A DNA stretch of 64,000 nucleotides, from positions 1 to 64,000 of IMG/VR virus record IMGVR_UViG_3300020178_000002, one strand, 5' to 3'. The stretch's first letter is position 1. Each line of letters begins with the position of its first letter. A model generated the notes under the pieces. The model did no database searches. It was not told the DNA's origin and saw nothing but the letters and a program-made list of their open reading frames with translations. The translations under genes were made by a program, and so were the position numbers. This document shows, piece after piece, positions 47,901 through 57,217 of the stretch.

Positions 47901-50662
47901 CTGTAGAGAACAACGATTCTAGATTAGCTGTGACTACTCATGCAGATGCTCGTTTCTTACTTGTTAAAGATGTAGATTACTATATTGAGTGTTATCCTTC
48001 TGTTCCTTACACAGCAGCAAGCCCACTCAATCCTTTAAACTTTGATGAGACAACAGCAAATCAAAGTATCTCTAGTATTGGTGGGTCTGCTTACTCAGAC
48101 CTTCAGCTTAAAGTAGTTGAAGAGTTAAACCCTGCACAGTCGGTCTGGAATGCTTATGCTGGAACAAACAGCCTTTATGACAATCTAGCAGGGGTGAATA
48201 CTAACCAATGTCAATGGTTAGGGAAGGACACCTTGTTCCCACCACCTGTGGCAAACCCTGTTGCGGATGTTGGTTATACTTCTCATGTTAGGGGTATAAA
48301 GTACTTAAGAAGAACTTCTTTATTTTCGTATGAGTCATCAATACCTCATCCTCACCCAAGACCAAGTTATGACCTTGTTGGTGAAATTCATTATGGGGAT
48401 GTCTTTATTGAGGTAGCACCTACAGGAAACATGGAGCTTCCTGAATATGGTAACTTTACCCAAGACATAAGAGGCTTTATAACAGTCTCTGGGCTAGGTA
48501 ATGAACCATACTTTGCAGAAGATCAGATTCATGCTGTAGCTCCTACTTACAATCCTAGAATCCCTTTGAAGTCTCTCTTTACTAGAAGAAAAGACACACA
48601 AGAGAGGTTCTTAGATGAGTCTTACAGAATAGAGTCTAGTTTACAGCACTTGCTTACAGTAGTAGGAGACCCTACTTCTTCTGCAAGATACAGTAACAAT
48701 TCGGTAGCTAATTTTAATCCAGCACTTCCAGACAACATGTTCAATTCAAATACTGACTTGATTGAAAACTTGCAAGGACCAGGATTGCCGAATGGTGGTG
48801 CAGGGGTCAATTCTGGCTATATCTGCTTCCCTGTTAGAGATGAAAGCACTTTTAATGGCCGAGTTTTCTTAGATCTTCTTGATTCTTTCCCTGCTGATGA
48901 TCTCTTTAGGAAAAGAGCAGGTCATGGTGGTGCAGGTTATTTAAGAAATAGCTGGCACATTAGAAGGGCTGCTATGTCAACAGACCCTCTTGAGAATGAT
49001 TGGAGAGAAGCACAGGTAATAGGTTTCCCAGATATGACAAGAAACTTAATGAGTGGTTCTAAGTATGGAACACCACCAAGAGGTTTGCTTGTTTATCCTT
49101 ATATGGACTTTTCTAGTAATGCAGCTTTCTCTTTTGAGGGTCAGACTACAGGGGCTAATAACCTCATTGCTTCTAACGAGGGGTATTTCTTACCTAATGC
49201 AAACATAGGTTCAACAGATACAAGAGAGGGTTCTGATTGGGTTGATGATGACTTAAACAATGCAGGTTTCTCACTCAATCCTAAGTTGAGACACGCTCAA
49301 CCTAATTATTATAAGACTTCCCTACTTAGTGATTTTGCTGACCCTAATGACTATCCAGATGTTGGGTATGTCAGAGCATTTGATCTTAACTTTGGAAAGA
49401 ATCCTACACTAACACCTCAAGCACCTTATTGGAATAAGAATTGGGTTGAGGACACAGAGCAAGGCGAGGAAAATAGAACTTACCTTGAAGCTCAGAACTA
49501 TGGTTTGATTGAATCTGGTCAATGGATTAGAGCAGAAGTATACCCTGATGAAAGAGGCTTTAGGTTTGCCCCTGTTAATCTAAGGCTTGTTGGTATAGAT
49601 TGGGATATGATTTCATTTGTAGATAGAAATTTCCCTCTCCAGAAAAGGGATGGTTTAGTCCATGAGGTAAGTGGCTCTCAGTATCTTTGTAGAAAGCGAG
49701 TAATGAGAGTTTTTGTTAAAGTTCCAGGTTTAACTGCTTGGCTAGATGTGGGTGTGAAAGATGGTGAGATAGGCGAATCTTACAGACATTGGACAGGAGA
49801 CAAATCAGATCCAAATGTTGGAAATAAAGACCCTAATGGTGCAACAAGTAGAAAAGATGATCCTTTAGTAGATGGTGCAGGTTGCTGTCTTTCTTATGAA
49901 GAAAAGTATTTAGTAGAAGAAGGTCTGGCTTGCTTGGACTTAAAGTTGAACTTGGGCTTTGTCCCTGCCTTTAACTCATGGGGTGCAGACACAAGTTTGC
50001 CTGTTGGAGACTCGAGTAACATCTCTAAAGATGAGTATTTAGGCTTCTCTAAAGAGTATAGAGTAGACAACTGTCCTACTGATACTATTTACCTCAGAAA
50101 CCAGAACAACTTATCTTCTGTGGACTCAACTATCGCTGGAGCTAAGAACTTTGAAGCACCAATGCTTGTTAAAGTTGTTCTTTCTCATCCAGACCACCCT
50201 AAGTATGAAGTACATCCTGACGACAATACTAAGCTAGTAAACGCAACAGATATTAGTGATTTGACTTTAGAGATTGCAGATATTGCTAATGGGACACCTA
50301 ACAATGTTTCAATCATAGACATCCATCCTTCACCTAACACTTCTTATCTTGGTCACTCTTACCCACCTGATGACCGAGCACCTTTATGGTCAAGGAGAGG
50401 GTTGATGGGGATAGAGGTTCTTAGACCAGATGGTTCTAATTTTGATAGGGATGAAGCTATTGATAGACCAGATTTTACTTCTATTGATCTATATGGAAAT
50501 CCTACATTGTATTATGCAAGGACAGAAGATTTATTGAGTTATGAGAGTTATGTTAAACAATCCTCATCTTTAACAAACAAGATAACTTATACACATAATT
50601 TAAATGTAGCACCGACAGGATTAAGTTCTGAATATAAGAAGCCTGTTAAAGGAGAAGGTTAA
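44957..50662 (+). CDS. very large virion structural protein
   Basis: 1901-aa ORF in the tail operon; no catalytic motif recognised. Confidence 0.65.
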   Translation: MPKKTVDTDSLITVNSSQGTDSISLGLTSSSSQRVSTNAEDIFSSNALGGYLDENLQSNLDNLSSEAKRNQPPKLGYGAITFSNDLGVSISHDGRPDWGSAKVVDYPSWVYKKKIWAEKREMPHIGFGNEQEDLATSISDSKWINEGGLYDTLNLNYRDNRETGSPSSYSYYGFGDTQFDHIGFPLIAQSAPRDSFNLLDNSQIYPFLYQEPLFTPDETNDLFNASTGITLGLTSGEGTSSFGLRKGEPAIAMSPISTRSNSPFNSKILIDSYNDDLGFVISGLLFPADRGVLALIRFESDPNGVSSGISTPATNAEEVLNRVVAAIKLGHGVGPLDGESGGDIFNDSEGETFPSLKTGQYDLYELHTGNYIPNSTRSGANPNLVADPTKGQVRLLTDPLAFNVEDNTYSLGIPVLFSPYDYSREVEARFFFPNRNFLSYRMPLLKDYSPEGLLTPVAERDRFFVKNTPNKDQAKKVYEPLFKTAGGYVTFGARDNYSYQVARYRHVVNLMDLEADTYVNISSDPTDDEPDYNFGSFALIHFKTEAAFERLVRDGIAPSDEEVFSRNLIDFDDLSNNIAQDLGTVGGDGLEDGVSSFSSSNALSIFRPNFNFERPLFDGLFNSFDFTPKAQTENFYPNYDAANSEKINKNNSYFSFISGVIYVSPTIPFRYNGHPDLQGNSLTPTVQESLYSKIKTEFNITQELELNDLTKWDTTEPSENSSVRPFAQILASSLTAQDNLEATVYTQCSVTTKHQSLFVNQRLGVNTLYAKGDAVKPITDLTLMNEKDGFCTLSTSATRTSLLVNRASRQHDNIGVEIVADDVETLLGNPVTNNSKVLYHSARKISLLELYGQRFRPNGSLPGFAGTSISSLSEIYTPFGDVGYPGGENDDFTYGYVFAWWENTNNTGHHPKVAGQSFSIYRYDEEGYRIYQELELLPIGGDEANGYALELCSGWNRVSHADNNVNTDPKYRYPQNRPVYRPVENNDSRLAVTTHADARFLLVKDVDYYIECYPSVPYTAASPLNPLNFDETTANQSISSIGGSAYSDLQLKVVEELNPAQSVWNAYAGTNSLYDNLAGVNTNQCQWLGKDTLFPPPVANPVADVGYTSHVRGIKYLRRTSLFSYESSIPHPHPRPSYDLVGEIHYGDVFIEVAPTGNMELPEYGNFTQDIRGFITVSGLGNEPYFAEDQIHAVAPTYNPRIPLKSLFTRRKDTQERFLDESYRIESSLQHLLTVVGDPTSSARYSNNSVANFNPALPDNMFNSNTDLIENLQGPGLPNGGAGVNSGYICFPVRDESTFNGRVFLDLLDSFPADDLFRKRAGHGGAGYLRNSWHIRRAAMSTDPLENDWREAQVIGFPDMTRNLMSGSKYGTPPRGLLVYPYMDFSSNAAFSFEGQTTGANNLIASNEGYFLPNANIGSTDTREGSDWVDDDLNNAGFSLNPKLRHAQPNYYKTSLLSDFADPNDYPDVGYVRAFDLNFGKNPTLTPQAPYWNKNWVEDTEQGEENRTYLEAQNYGLIESGQWIRAEVYPDERGFRFAPVNLRLVGIDWDMISFVDRNFPLQKRDGLVHEVSGSQYLCRKRVMRVFVKVPGLTAWLDVGVKDGEIGESYRHWTGDKSDPNVGNKDPNGATSRKDDPLVDGAGCCLSYEEKYLVEEGLACLDLKLNLGFVPAFNSWGADTSLPVGDSSNISKDEYLGFSKEYRVDNCPTDTIYLRNQNNLSSVDSTIAGAKNFEAPMLVKVVLSHPDHPKYEVHPDDNTKLVNATDISDLTLEIADIANGTPNNVSIIDIHPSPNTSYLGHSYPPDDRAPLWSRRGLMGIEVLRPDGSNFDRDEAIDRPDFTSIDLYGNPTLYYARTEDLLSYESYVKQSSSLTNKITYTHNLNVAPTGLSSEYKKPVKGEG

Positions 50663-51456
50663 TGCCTGCGATATTCAACCGAGCTGATGATAGTTTGATT
50701 CAGGTACTTCCTAGTTTTTCAAACTCTCTATTAACAGAGATGACAGGTAAGTATGTAATTGACTACCCAGAGCAATTTGACCTAAGTAGGGATTTAGATT
50801 CTTTGGATACTTCACTGAGTGCTGCTCAAGTAAGAAGTAATTTTAAAGACCTTGTTCATAATAAGTTTGTTCAAGCTTTCCCTAGTTTTGATGTCTTTGA
50901 TCACAACTACTTAGAAGACTTAAACCACCCATTTGAGAATGGCTTTTTCCCAAGCACAGATGCAGGTTCTTTATTGAGGACAGGCTATAAAGTAAGCTCT
51001 GGTCCTAATAAAACCTGTGTTATAGGAAGAAGCCCAAGGAAAAACACAATCGAGGGTTCAACCTTAACTACAGATATGACCTCACCTAAGAACAAATGCT
51101 TAATTACTCAAGAGATAGATATTGAGGGTTCAACACCAGATGGTCGTGGTCGTTTTGAGTTTATGGTTTACTTCAAAGATTGTCTTAGGAAACATACCAA
51201 AGACAGTAGCGACCTTTCTAGCACACCAGCAACCTTCGGCATGTTAAATCAAACAGGCAAAGTTGAGTATCAAACTAAAAGAGGTCTTGAAAATTTCCTT
51301 AGAGTTTATATTTCTGGAGACAATGGTAGTACCTATTCAGAGATAACTAACCTCACTTCATTCTCTTTTCCTCAGAGAAGAAATACTATAAGGTTGGCTT
51401 TTGTCAATTACACTGATTGGGATATAAACCTCTTAACATACACTTTGATGTACTGA
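50662..51456 (+). CDS. structural protein
   Basis: Coupled to the upstream gene; VYISGDNGSTY...IRLAF beta-sandwich-type end. Confidence 0.6.
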   Translation: MPAIFNRADDSLIQVLPSFSNSLLTEMTGKYVIDYPEQFDLSRDLDSLDTSLSAAQVRSNFKDLVHNKFVQAFPSFDVFDHNYLEDLNHPFENGFFPSTDAGSLLRTGYKVSSGPNKTCVIGRSPRKNTIEGSTLTTDMTSPKNKCLITQEIDIEGSTPDGRGRFEFMVYFKDCLRKHTKDSSDLSSTPATFGMLNQTGKVEYQTKRGLENFLRVYISGDNGSTYSEITNLTSFSFPQRRNTIRLAFVNYTDWDINLLTYTLMY

Positions 51457-51475
51457 AAGAATAAAGGTAGGCAAC

Positions 51476-54400
51476 ATGGATGATTTTAAGACTTACGCAA
51501 GCCGAACATTAAATGCTGAAGGGACACAGTATCAGAATGTAATTTGGCAAGCTGGAAAGCCCCCCTTAGATAGTGAACTAAACTTAGTAGGTCAGATAGC
51601 CAAGCAAAATCTTCAAGATCTAGTTAAGGCTCAAGCCCACAGTGGTGTTTTAATTGACCCTCGATCTTCTGATCGTGATTATATCTTTAGAGATTTATGG
51701 TCTAACTACTTTAAAGTTAAGTCTTTTTCTGCGGTTGTTAATGGACAAGTTGTAAATGTAGAAGAGCTTGAAATTAAGTTGCCACCACCACCTCCATCTG
51801 GTTCAAGGGTGGACTTTGTATTCTTAGAAGTCTGGAACTCTATTATTTCTGCCGAGAACAGTGGACTCGTAGATAATAAGCCTTCTCCTACAGAAATCTA
51901 TCAGAATGGTAATGTAGCAGGTTCTGTTTCTTTATCTGATGAATTAGTAGATGGCTTGGTTGGGTTTGAAACAACTAAAAGGGTTCAGACACAGTATCAA
52001 ATCCGAGTTGTTTCAAGTGTAGACTTGAAAGCAAGTCCAGAAGGTATGTCTAGTCCTTTAGTTACTGCTGTAGGTCCAACAGATGGTTCTGCAAATGTAG
52101 CATTTAGTCATGTAGAGGGAGATGCAGGTCTTTGGGTTGCAGAAGTGAATGATGACTATTTGTCTGAGAATAAAATCTATGGAATCCCACTGTGTAGTGT
52201 GTTCAGAAGAAACGAAGAACCTTACAGAGATGTCTCCAATGCAGGTGGTCCGAACCAGAATGGTTCAGTAAATAGAAAGCCTTCTTCTAGTAGCTCACAA
52301 GATGCATCTCCTTTAGTGCTAGCCTCACTAGATTCTTCTTTAAGTAGAGACTTTTTAGGTGCATTCACATTATCTAATCTTGAGGGGTCAGAGCTTTCTG
52401 ATTTAGACTTGTTCTCTGGAGTGACTTCAAGATTCTTTGTTATTGGTAGTGGCCTTTCAAAAGAGATTATTAAAGCTTCAAGCATTGATCTTAATACGAA
52501 CACTATTACTATTGAACAAAGAGGTGTTGCAGGAACACAGGCCAAGTACCATTCTTCTGGTGTTAGAATAAGACTTCACAACTCAAGACCTGATGGGAAA
52601 TTTGCAGATGAAGTTCACCCTGAAGACATCTTAGATATGAGACATGCTACAACTTTAGGGGAGTGGGATTATCAATCCCTTCTTGAAAGTTCTGTAGCAG
52701 ACCTTTTATTTGGAGAGCTTAAATCTACCTTTAAGCAAAACTCTATTAACTCATATTGCCAAGGAACGACTATTGAAGAAGTTTCTTATTTGAGTAGTGT
52801 TGCTTCAAACAGAACACACCAGATGGATTACCCTAATGGGTTTAGAGATACTTGGTCAGATGCATCTGTTCCTCAAATGGGTCTTACTTTATACTTAAAC
52901 CCTGTTGTAAGTAGAGATGCTAATGGCTTGAGTACAGTTAACTTGAACGTAAGCTCTCAAAACGAATGGGAGATTGGACCAGATTTAAGTCCTTCTGCTT
53001 TCTTATTTGATGGTGCTACACCTTTACAAACCAGCTCTTTGCTTTTCCTTACTTTGGATGGGTCTTTAGATAATCTGGGTTATGGTATAAAAGGCAACTC
53101 TATTCAAGACAAGGGTATCAGATTTATTTCTCCTAGAGAGAATGGGTCTGTGAATCTGAAAAAGAGACCACCTTTTATTATTGAGCAGCTTGGCTCGGAG
53201 CATGAGAATATAAGCTACCCTACTTTTGTTTCAAACTTTGAAAAGCCTTTCATTGTTTTAGGTCGAAACAGAGGAACAGAAAGTTTTGTGACAAGTGTTT
53301 CTGACCCAGACAAGAACAACCACAACTACACTGTACTGTATAAGAAATCTGCATTTAATGAATCAGTGATGTCAGATGTGCAAGGGGCTGTGAGCGATGA
53401 ATATGATCAAGTCCTTGCAGTTAAGCTGAACTCTAACCCTCTTAGTGCAGAGGATATGGCTCTCGTTTCTCCATTCAACTCCAATCTATATTTAGGTGAC
53501 GAGTCGAATCTATATGCTGTTGTTTATGGTGACCCTACACAAGGTTCAAAGAACAATGGTGTTTATAAAGTAATCAGTCTTAACTCTTACTTTGTGAGTT
53601 CAGATTACTATATTGACAAAAACCTCACACCTTGGAATCCTTCTGCTGGCATTGCAGACACTTTTATCCTTGAACCCATAGATAATATAGGAGATAGGGA
53701 TGGCTTGCTAGATGATGGTATTTCTTTAACAATAGAGTTTAGAAGCCAAGAGATGACAGAGTTTGATGACGATATCTGTATAGCTGTGACTGAAGGCTCT
53801 GGGACTATATTAAATACTAATAATGAGTTCCAGCTTAGTGTTTCTGTCTTGTACCCACCAGCTTTGGGTGCAACTGCGAATGTTCCTAAAAACATCCATA
53901 AGATAGGCATCACAGCTCCAAATAGAGAGCATTTACTAAACAATGCTCCAAGCGACTTGGATGTTGCAAATACTTCTGAGATCCCTCTTGTTTCAGGTGA
54001 GATTAATCTTCCCGTGAAGAACCATATCTCTTTGTGGAATAGACTACCTTCTTCAAGTCTTCCTGTAGGTTGGGCAGATGCTAGCAAGCTTGGTGGGAAT
54101 ATTATAAATGAAGAAGCTGATAGAGAGAGTGAAGTTTTTAAAGATGAGGGTTCAAAGACTCTTGTTTTGAGACCTTATCAAAAGAAGCAAGTCTTAGTAC
54201 ATCAACATGAATCAGTTCAAAGCTTGATCCCTGCAAACTATTCTAATGGTGATTTAGTAGATGGTGCTTCCCTATTCTTGTCCACAGGTGCATATGTTAT
54301 TCCAGAAGCTTTAGTACCTAGATTTGGTAGGCAAGATATACCATTACACACTAGAACTTCTTCAAGTGACTCTTTCTTGAACGGATTGAATCATATTTTT

Positions 54401-56662
54401 GTGGACAAGACTTCTAGCTCTGACCCTGTTTTTAACATTGTGGGTGGTATTTCAAATCAAGGTACTCCAGGTGTAGAACCTTTATTGTTTGATACACAAG
54501 GTGTATATGGTAAATATGACCAGACTCTCTCTAATGTAAATGCCATTGGTGTTAGAAAAAGAGAAGAGGGTGGTCAAGTAAACTCTAGAACAAATCCCAT
54601 ATATGCACCTACAAGTGACTTTGGAACTAATCTTCAAGGTATAGAGCTACCTCCTTATTATGGTGTAGTGAGAGTTTATGGTATCTATGAGAGAAGTGCT
54701 TACCTACAACACATTGTTGGTGCAGGTAATACAAGTGGGCATAATGCTGACAGAATCACTCAAATAGATGCTGTCTTAAATGGTGACTGTCCTAACTTAC
54801 TTAGGACAGACACTTCATCATTCACTCTATATATCAACCAAAATGGCGGTAATCTGGATATCAATAACTCTTTATATGAAGATGCACACACATATATTTT
54901 AACAGAGCACTCTATTGATATTACTCGTATTCCAACATACAACGAGACTTTAGCGTTTAAAGACTTTGACTATGTGGTTGAAGCTGTGGTCTTTGGTTTT
55001 TCAGATGGCTTCATTTCTAATAATAGGAACGTGCTTGTTAGAAGATTTAATGGTGCAGGTACTGTCCGTAATGCTGCTGATGTGAGTCGTATACCTGTGG
55101 ATTCAGTGATTCCTTTTGCACCACCTCTTGGTTCTAAGATTTCTGTGGCTTACAAGAGATCTGTTTATCAAGGAGATCCTTTCTTTACAAAAGGGATTAA
55201 TCTCTTGGACAACACAGATCAGACTTTGCCTTATGGTAGAAAGAGCGTTAGTGATTTACAGCTTGGTTCGAGAGACCAAACAAATGTAGATTTGCTAAAT
55301 CGAAGGAACTTACAAGTTCTTGCAAGTATGGATTTCTACACCACATTAGGAACAGGTAAGATTGGTGGGGCTGTGTTCCCATCGACAGTAACTGATGTAG
55401 GTCACACAGAGCATAAGGTTTTCCGAAACCCCTCGCTTTATAATGGAGTTTACCCTAAGACTTTAACCTCTACTTTCACACTTGAGCCAAACAAAGGTGG
55501 ATATGCTTCTATCTTCTTGTTTGAATCAGCAAGTGCACAGTATGTTCAAGACCCTGTGGCTTTCATTTTTACAAATACTGAAGAATCTGGTGGCTTTGCA
55601 CATACTTTATCTGGTGCTAATGCAGAGGAAATGGTTTCCAACTTAATTGCTTTCTTGCAGAGTAAGAGTTATGAGGCTTTCCAAGTATCTGGCTTGTATG
55701 ATGGTGGCAATTCTAAGTTCTTTGGGGTTATTACTAGAGAGCCTTATGACAACTTAGAGAGTAGCATCTTGTTAAACAAGGCATATGCAGGTAGGAACAT
55801 TCAAATCTTTGAGGGTCTTAGAGAAACACCTATGAGTTTTAACTTCTATGACTCAGTTAATGGTGTCACTTTAGAGGGTTCATTAGGGCTTCCCTCAAGA
55901 GGTAAGACTCATGTTAATTTCTCAAGAACTGATTTCAATCCTCGTAACGCTGGGCAAGGGAACACTCCTATTTCCCTTGTAGGGCTTTCTTCAAGACTCC
56001 CCTTAGGCTCTTTAGTAAGAGACTCTGATCTTCTCTGTGAGGACATTTTAAACAACCAATCAAGCTACTTACTTTCATCTACAGGAAACATCTCTACATT
56101 ATCTAATTCAGTACCTGTAAATAATGAGGGCAGACCTTACACTAGAGCAGTTGGTGTGTCTGGTGAGGTCTTGCAATTAACAGATGGGGATTTGAGTCAG
56201 TCAGTTCCTTTAGCAGAGAGCAATACTTACTACTCTATCTCGAGAGGGAGTGGTTCAATATTTGGTGCTTCTGGTAATGTACCTGGCTCTCCTTTTAGCT
56301 TCTTATCTGTATCTTTGAATGAAAGCTCTAAGCCTGTATTAAAAGGTTCTGTTCTTGCGTGTAGAGCAATGCTTGTTAAAAACTTTGAAGAGAGTTTCAA
56401 TGGGAATGTTAGATCTTATGGTGATGAGCTTCAACTTCTTGTCGTCACACATTGTATAGATGGTGCAACCAGATCTCCATTATCTGCAAACACAAATAGT
56501 TCACAGTTGACAATAGGTGGTCAGATTTCTCCTACGGGTTATGGAGAAGGTTTTGCTTCTGCGGATAGATATAGAATTAAAGGCAAGCCTCTTGTTAAGA
56601 TAAACTCGACAGAGACAGAGCTAGAAGTGACACCTGCTCCCTTTAACTCTAGCGAAAGCTAA
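51476..56662 (+). CDS. large baseplate/tail structural protein
   Basis: VIWQAGKPPLDSELN, RVDFVFLEVW, ETTKRVQ.QY.IRV, RPDG.F.D. Confidence 0.7.
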   Translation: MDDFKTYASRTLNAEGTQYQNVIWQAGKPPLDSELNLVGQIAKQNLQDLVKAQAHSGVLIDPRSSDRDYIFRDLWSNYFKVKSFSAVVNGQVVNVEELEIKLPPPPPSGSRVDFVFLEVWNSIISAENSGLVDNKPSPTEIYQNGNVAGSVSLSDELVDGLVGFETTKRVQTQYQIRVVSSVDLKASPEGMSSPLVTAVGPTDGSANVAFSHVEGDAGLWVAEVNDDYLSENKIYGIPLCSVFRRNEEPYRDVSNAGGPNQNGSVNRKPSSSSSQDASPLVLASLDSSLSRDFLGAFTLSNLEGSELSDLDLFSGVTSRFFVIGSGLSKEIIKASSIDLNTNTITIEQRGVAGTQAKYHSSGVRIRLHNSRPDGKFADEVHPEDILDMRHATTLGEWDYQSLLESSVADLLFGELKSTFKQNSINSYCQGTTIEEVSYLSSVASNRTHQMDYPNGFRDTWSDASVPQMGLTLYLNPVVSRDANGLSTVNLNVSSQNEWEIGPDLSPSAFLFDGATPLQTSSLLFLTLDGSLDNLGYGIKGNSIQDKGIRFISPRENGSVNLKKRPPFIIEQLGSEHENISYPTFVSNFEKPFIVLGRNRGTESFVTSVSDPDKNNHNYTVLYKKSAFNESVMSDVQGAVSDEYDQVLAVKLNSNPLSAEDMALVSPFNSNLYLGDESNLYAVVYGDPTQGSKNNGVYKVISLNSYFVSSDYYIDKNLTPWNPSAGIADTFILEPIDNIGDRDGLLDDGISLTIEFRSQEMTEFDDDICIAVTEGSGTILNTNNEFQLSVSVLYPPALGATANVPKNIHKIGITAPNREHLLNNAPSDLDVANTSEIPLVSGEINLPVKNHISLWNRLPSSSLPVGWADASKLGGNIINEEADRESEVFKDEGSKTLVLRPYQKKQVLVHQHESVQSLIPANYSNGDLVDGASLFLSTGAYVIPEALVPRFGRQDIPLHTRTSSSDSFLNGLNHIFVDKTSSSDPVFNIVGGISNQGTPGVEPLLFDTQGVYGKYDQTLSNVNAIGVRKREEGGQVNSRTNPIYAPTSDFGTNLQGIELPPYYGVVRVYGIYERSAYLQHIVGAGNTSGHNADRITQIDAVLNGDCPNLLRTDTSSFTLYINQNGGNLDINNSLYEDAHTYILTEHSIDITRIPTYNETLAFKDFDYVVEAVVFGFSDGFISNNRNVLVRRFNGAGTVRNAADVSRIPVDSVIPFAPPLGSKISVAYKRSVYQGDPFFTKGINLLDNTDQTLPYGRKSVSDLQLGSRDQTNVDLLNRRNLQVLASMDFYTTLGTGKIGGAVFPSTVTDVGHTEHKVFRNPSLYNGVYPKTLTSTFTLEPNKGGYASIFLFESASAQYVQDPVAFIFTNTEESGGFAHTLSGANAEEMVSNLIAFLQSKSYEAFQVSGLYDGGNSKFFGVITREPYDNLESSILLNKAYAGRNIQIFEGLRETPMSFNFYDSVNGVTLEGSLGLPSRGKTHVNFSRTDFNPRNAGQGNTPISLVGLSSRLPLGSLVRDSDLLCEDILNNQSSYLLSSTGNISTLSNSVPVNNEGRPYTRAVGVSGEVLQLTDGDLSQSVPLAESNTYYSISRGSGSIFGASGNVPGSPFSFLSVSLNESSKPVLKGSVLACRAMLVKNFEESFNGNVRSYGDELQLLVVTHCIDGATRSPLSANTNSSQLTIGGQISPTGYGEGFASADRYRIKGKPLVKINSTETELEVTPAPFNSSES

Positions 56663-56853
56663 TGAAGGGTCGCTTTAAAGGCCATTGCACAGGTTGTGCA
56701 AAGAAATTGCCTGAATCCAGATTGGGTTGGGGTTTAGTTTGGCCTGATGGATCTGGATTTTGTGCAAAGTGTCTTTATGACAATCGCAAGGCAGTCAATT
56801 TTTTTGAAGACCGAAAGAAGAAGAGAAATGTTAAAAAAACCAATATTCATTGA
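56662..56853 (+). CDS. small Zn-finger protein
   Basis: CTGC...CAKC. Confidence 0.6.
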   Translation: MKGRFKGHCTGCAKKLPESRLGWGLVWPDGSGFCAKCLYDNRKAVNFFEDRKKKRNVKKTNIH

Positions 56854-57217
56854 AAACTCTAAAGTGCCTGTTATTCTTTCTTACTTTGCACCTATTGACA
56901 TTAATGCAATCACTCTTGGCTTTGTTGTCTTTGCAAGAGGAGAGTTATCAGAGGTGACAAGAAGACATGAAACAATTCATTACAGGCAATATCTAGAGCT
57001 ATGGTTTATTGGTTTCATAGTCATCTATATATATGACTTCTTATACGCTGCTATAATCAAGCGTAAGGGCTTTTCTAGGGAAGCCTATCTCTCTATAAGG
57101 TTTGAGCAGGAAGCGTGGGACTGTGACGAATATATAAACTATTTGGAAATAAGAAGTCGTTTTGCTTGGAAGTTATATCCTTTGGGTGGGGAAGATTACT
57201 CACCTCCTAAAGAATGA
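56828..57217 (+). CDS. HExxH zinc metallopeptidase-like protein
   Basis: AITLGFVVF...RRHETIHYRQ...AY..IRFEQEA; start reassigned to MLKKP. Confidence 0.75.
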   Translation: MLKKPIFIENSKVPVILSYFAPIDINAITLGFVVFARGELSEVTRRHETIHYRQYLELWFIGFIVIYIYDFLYAAIIKRKGFSREAYLSIRFEQEAWDCDEYINYLEIRSRFAWKLYPLGGEDYSPPKE

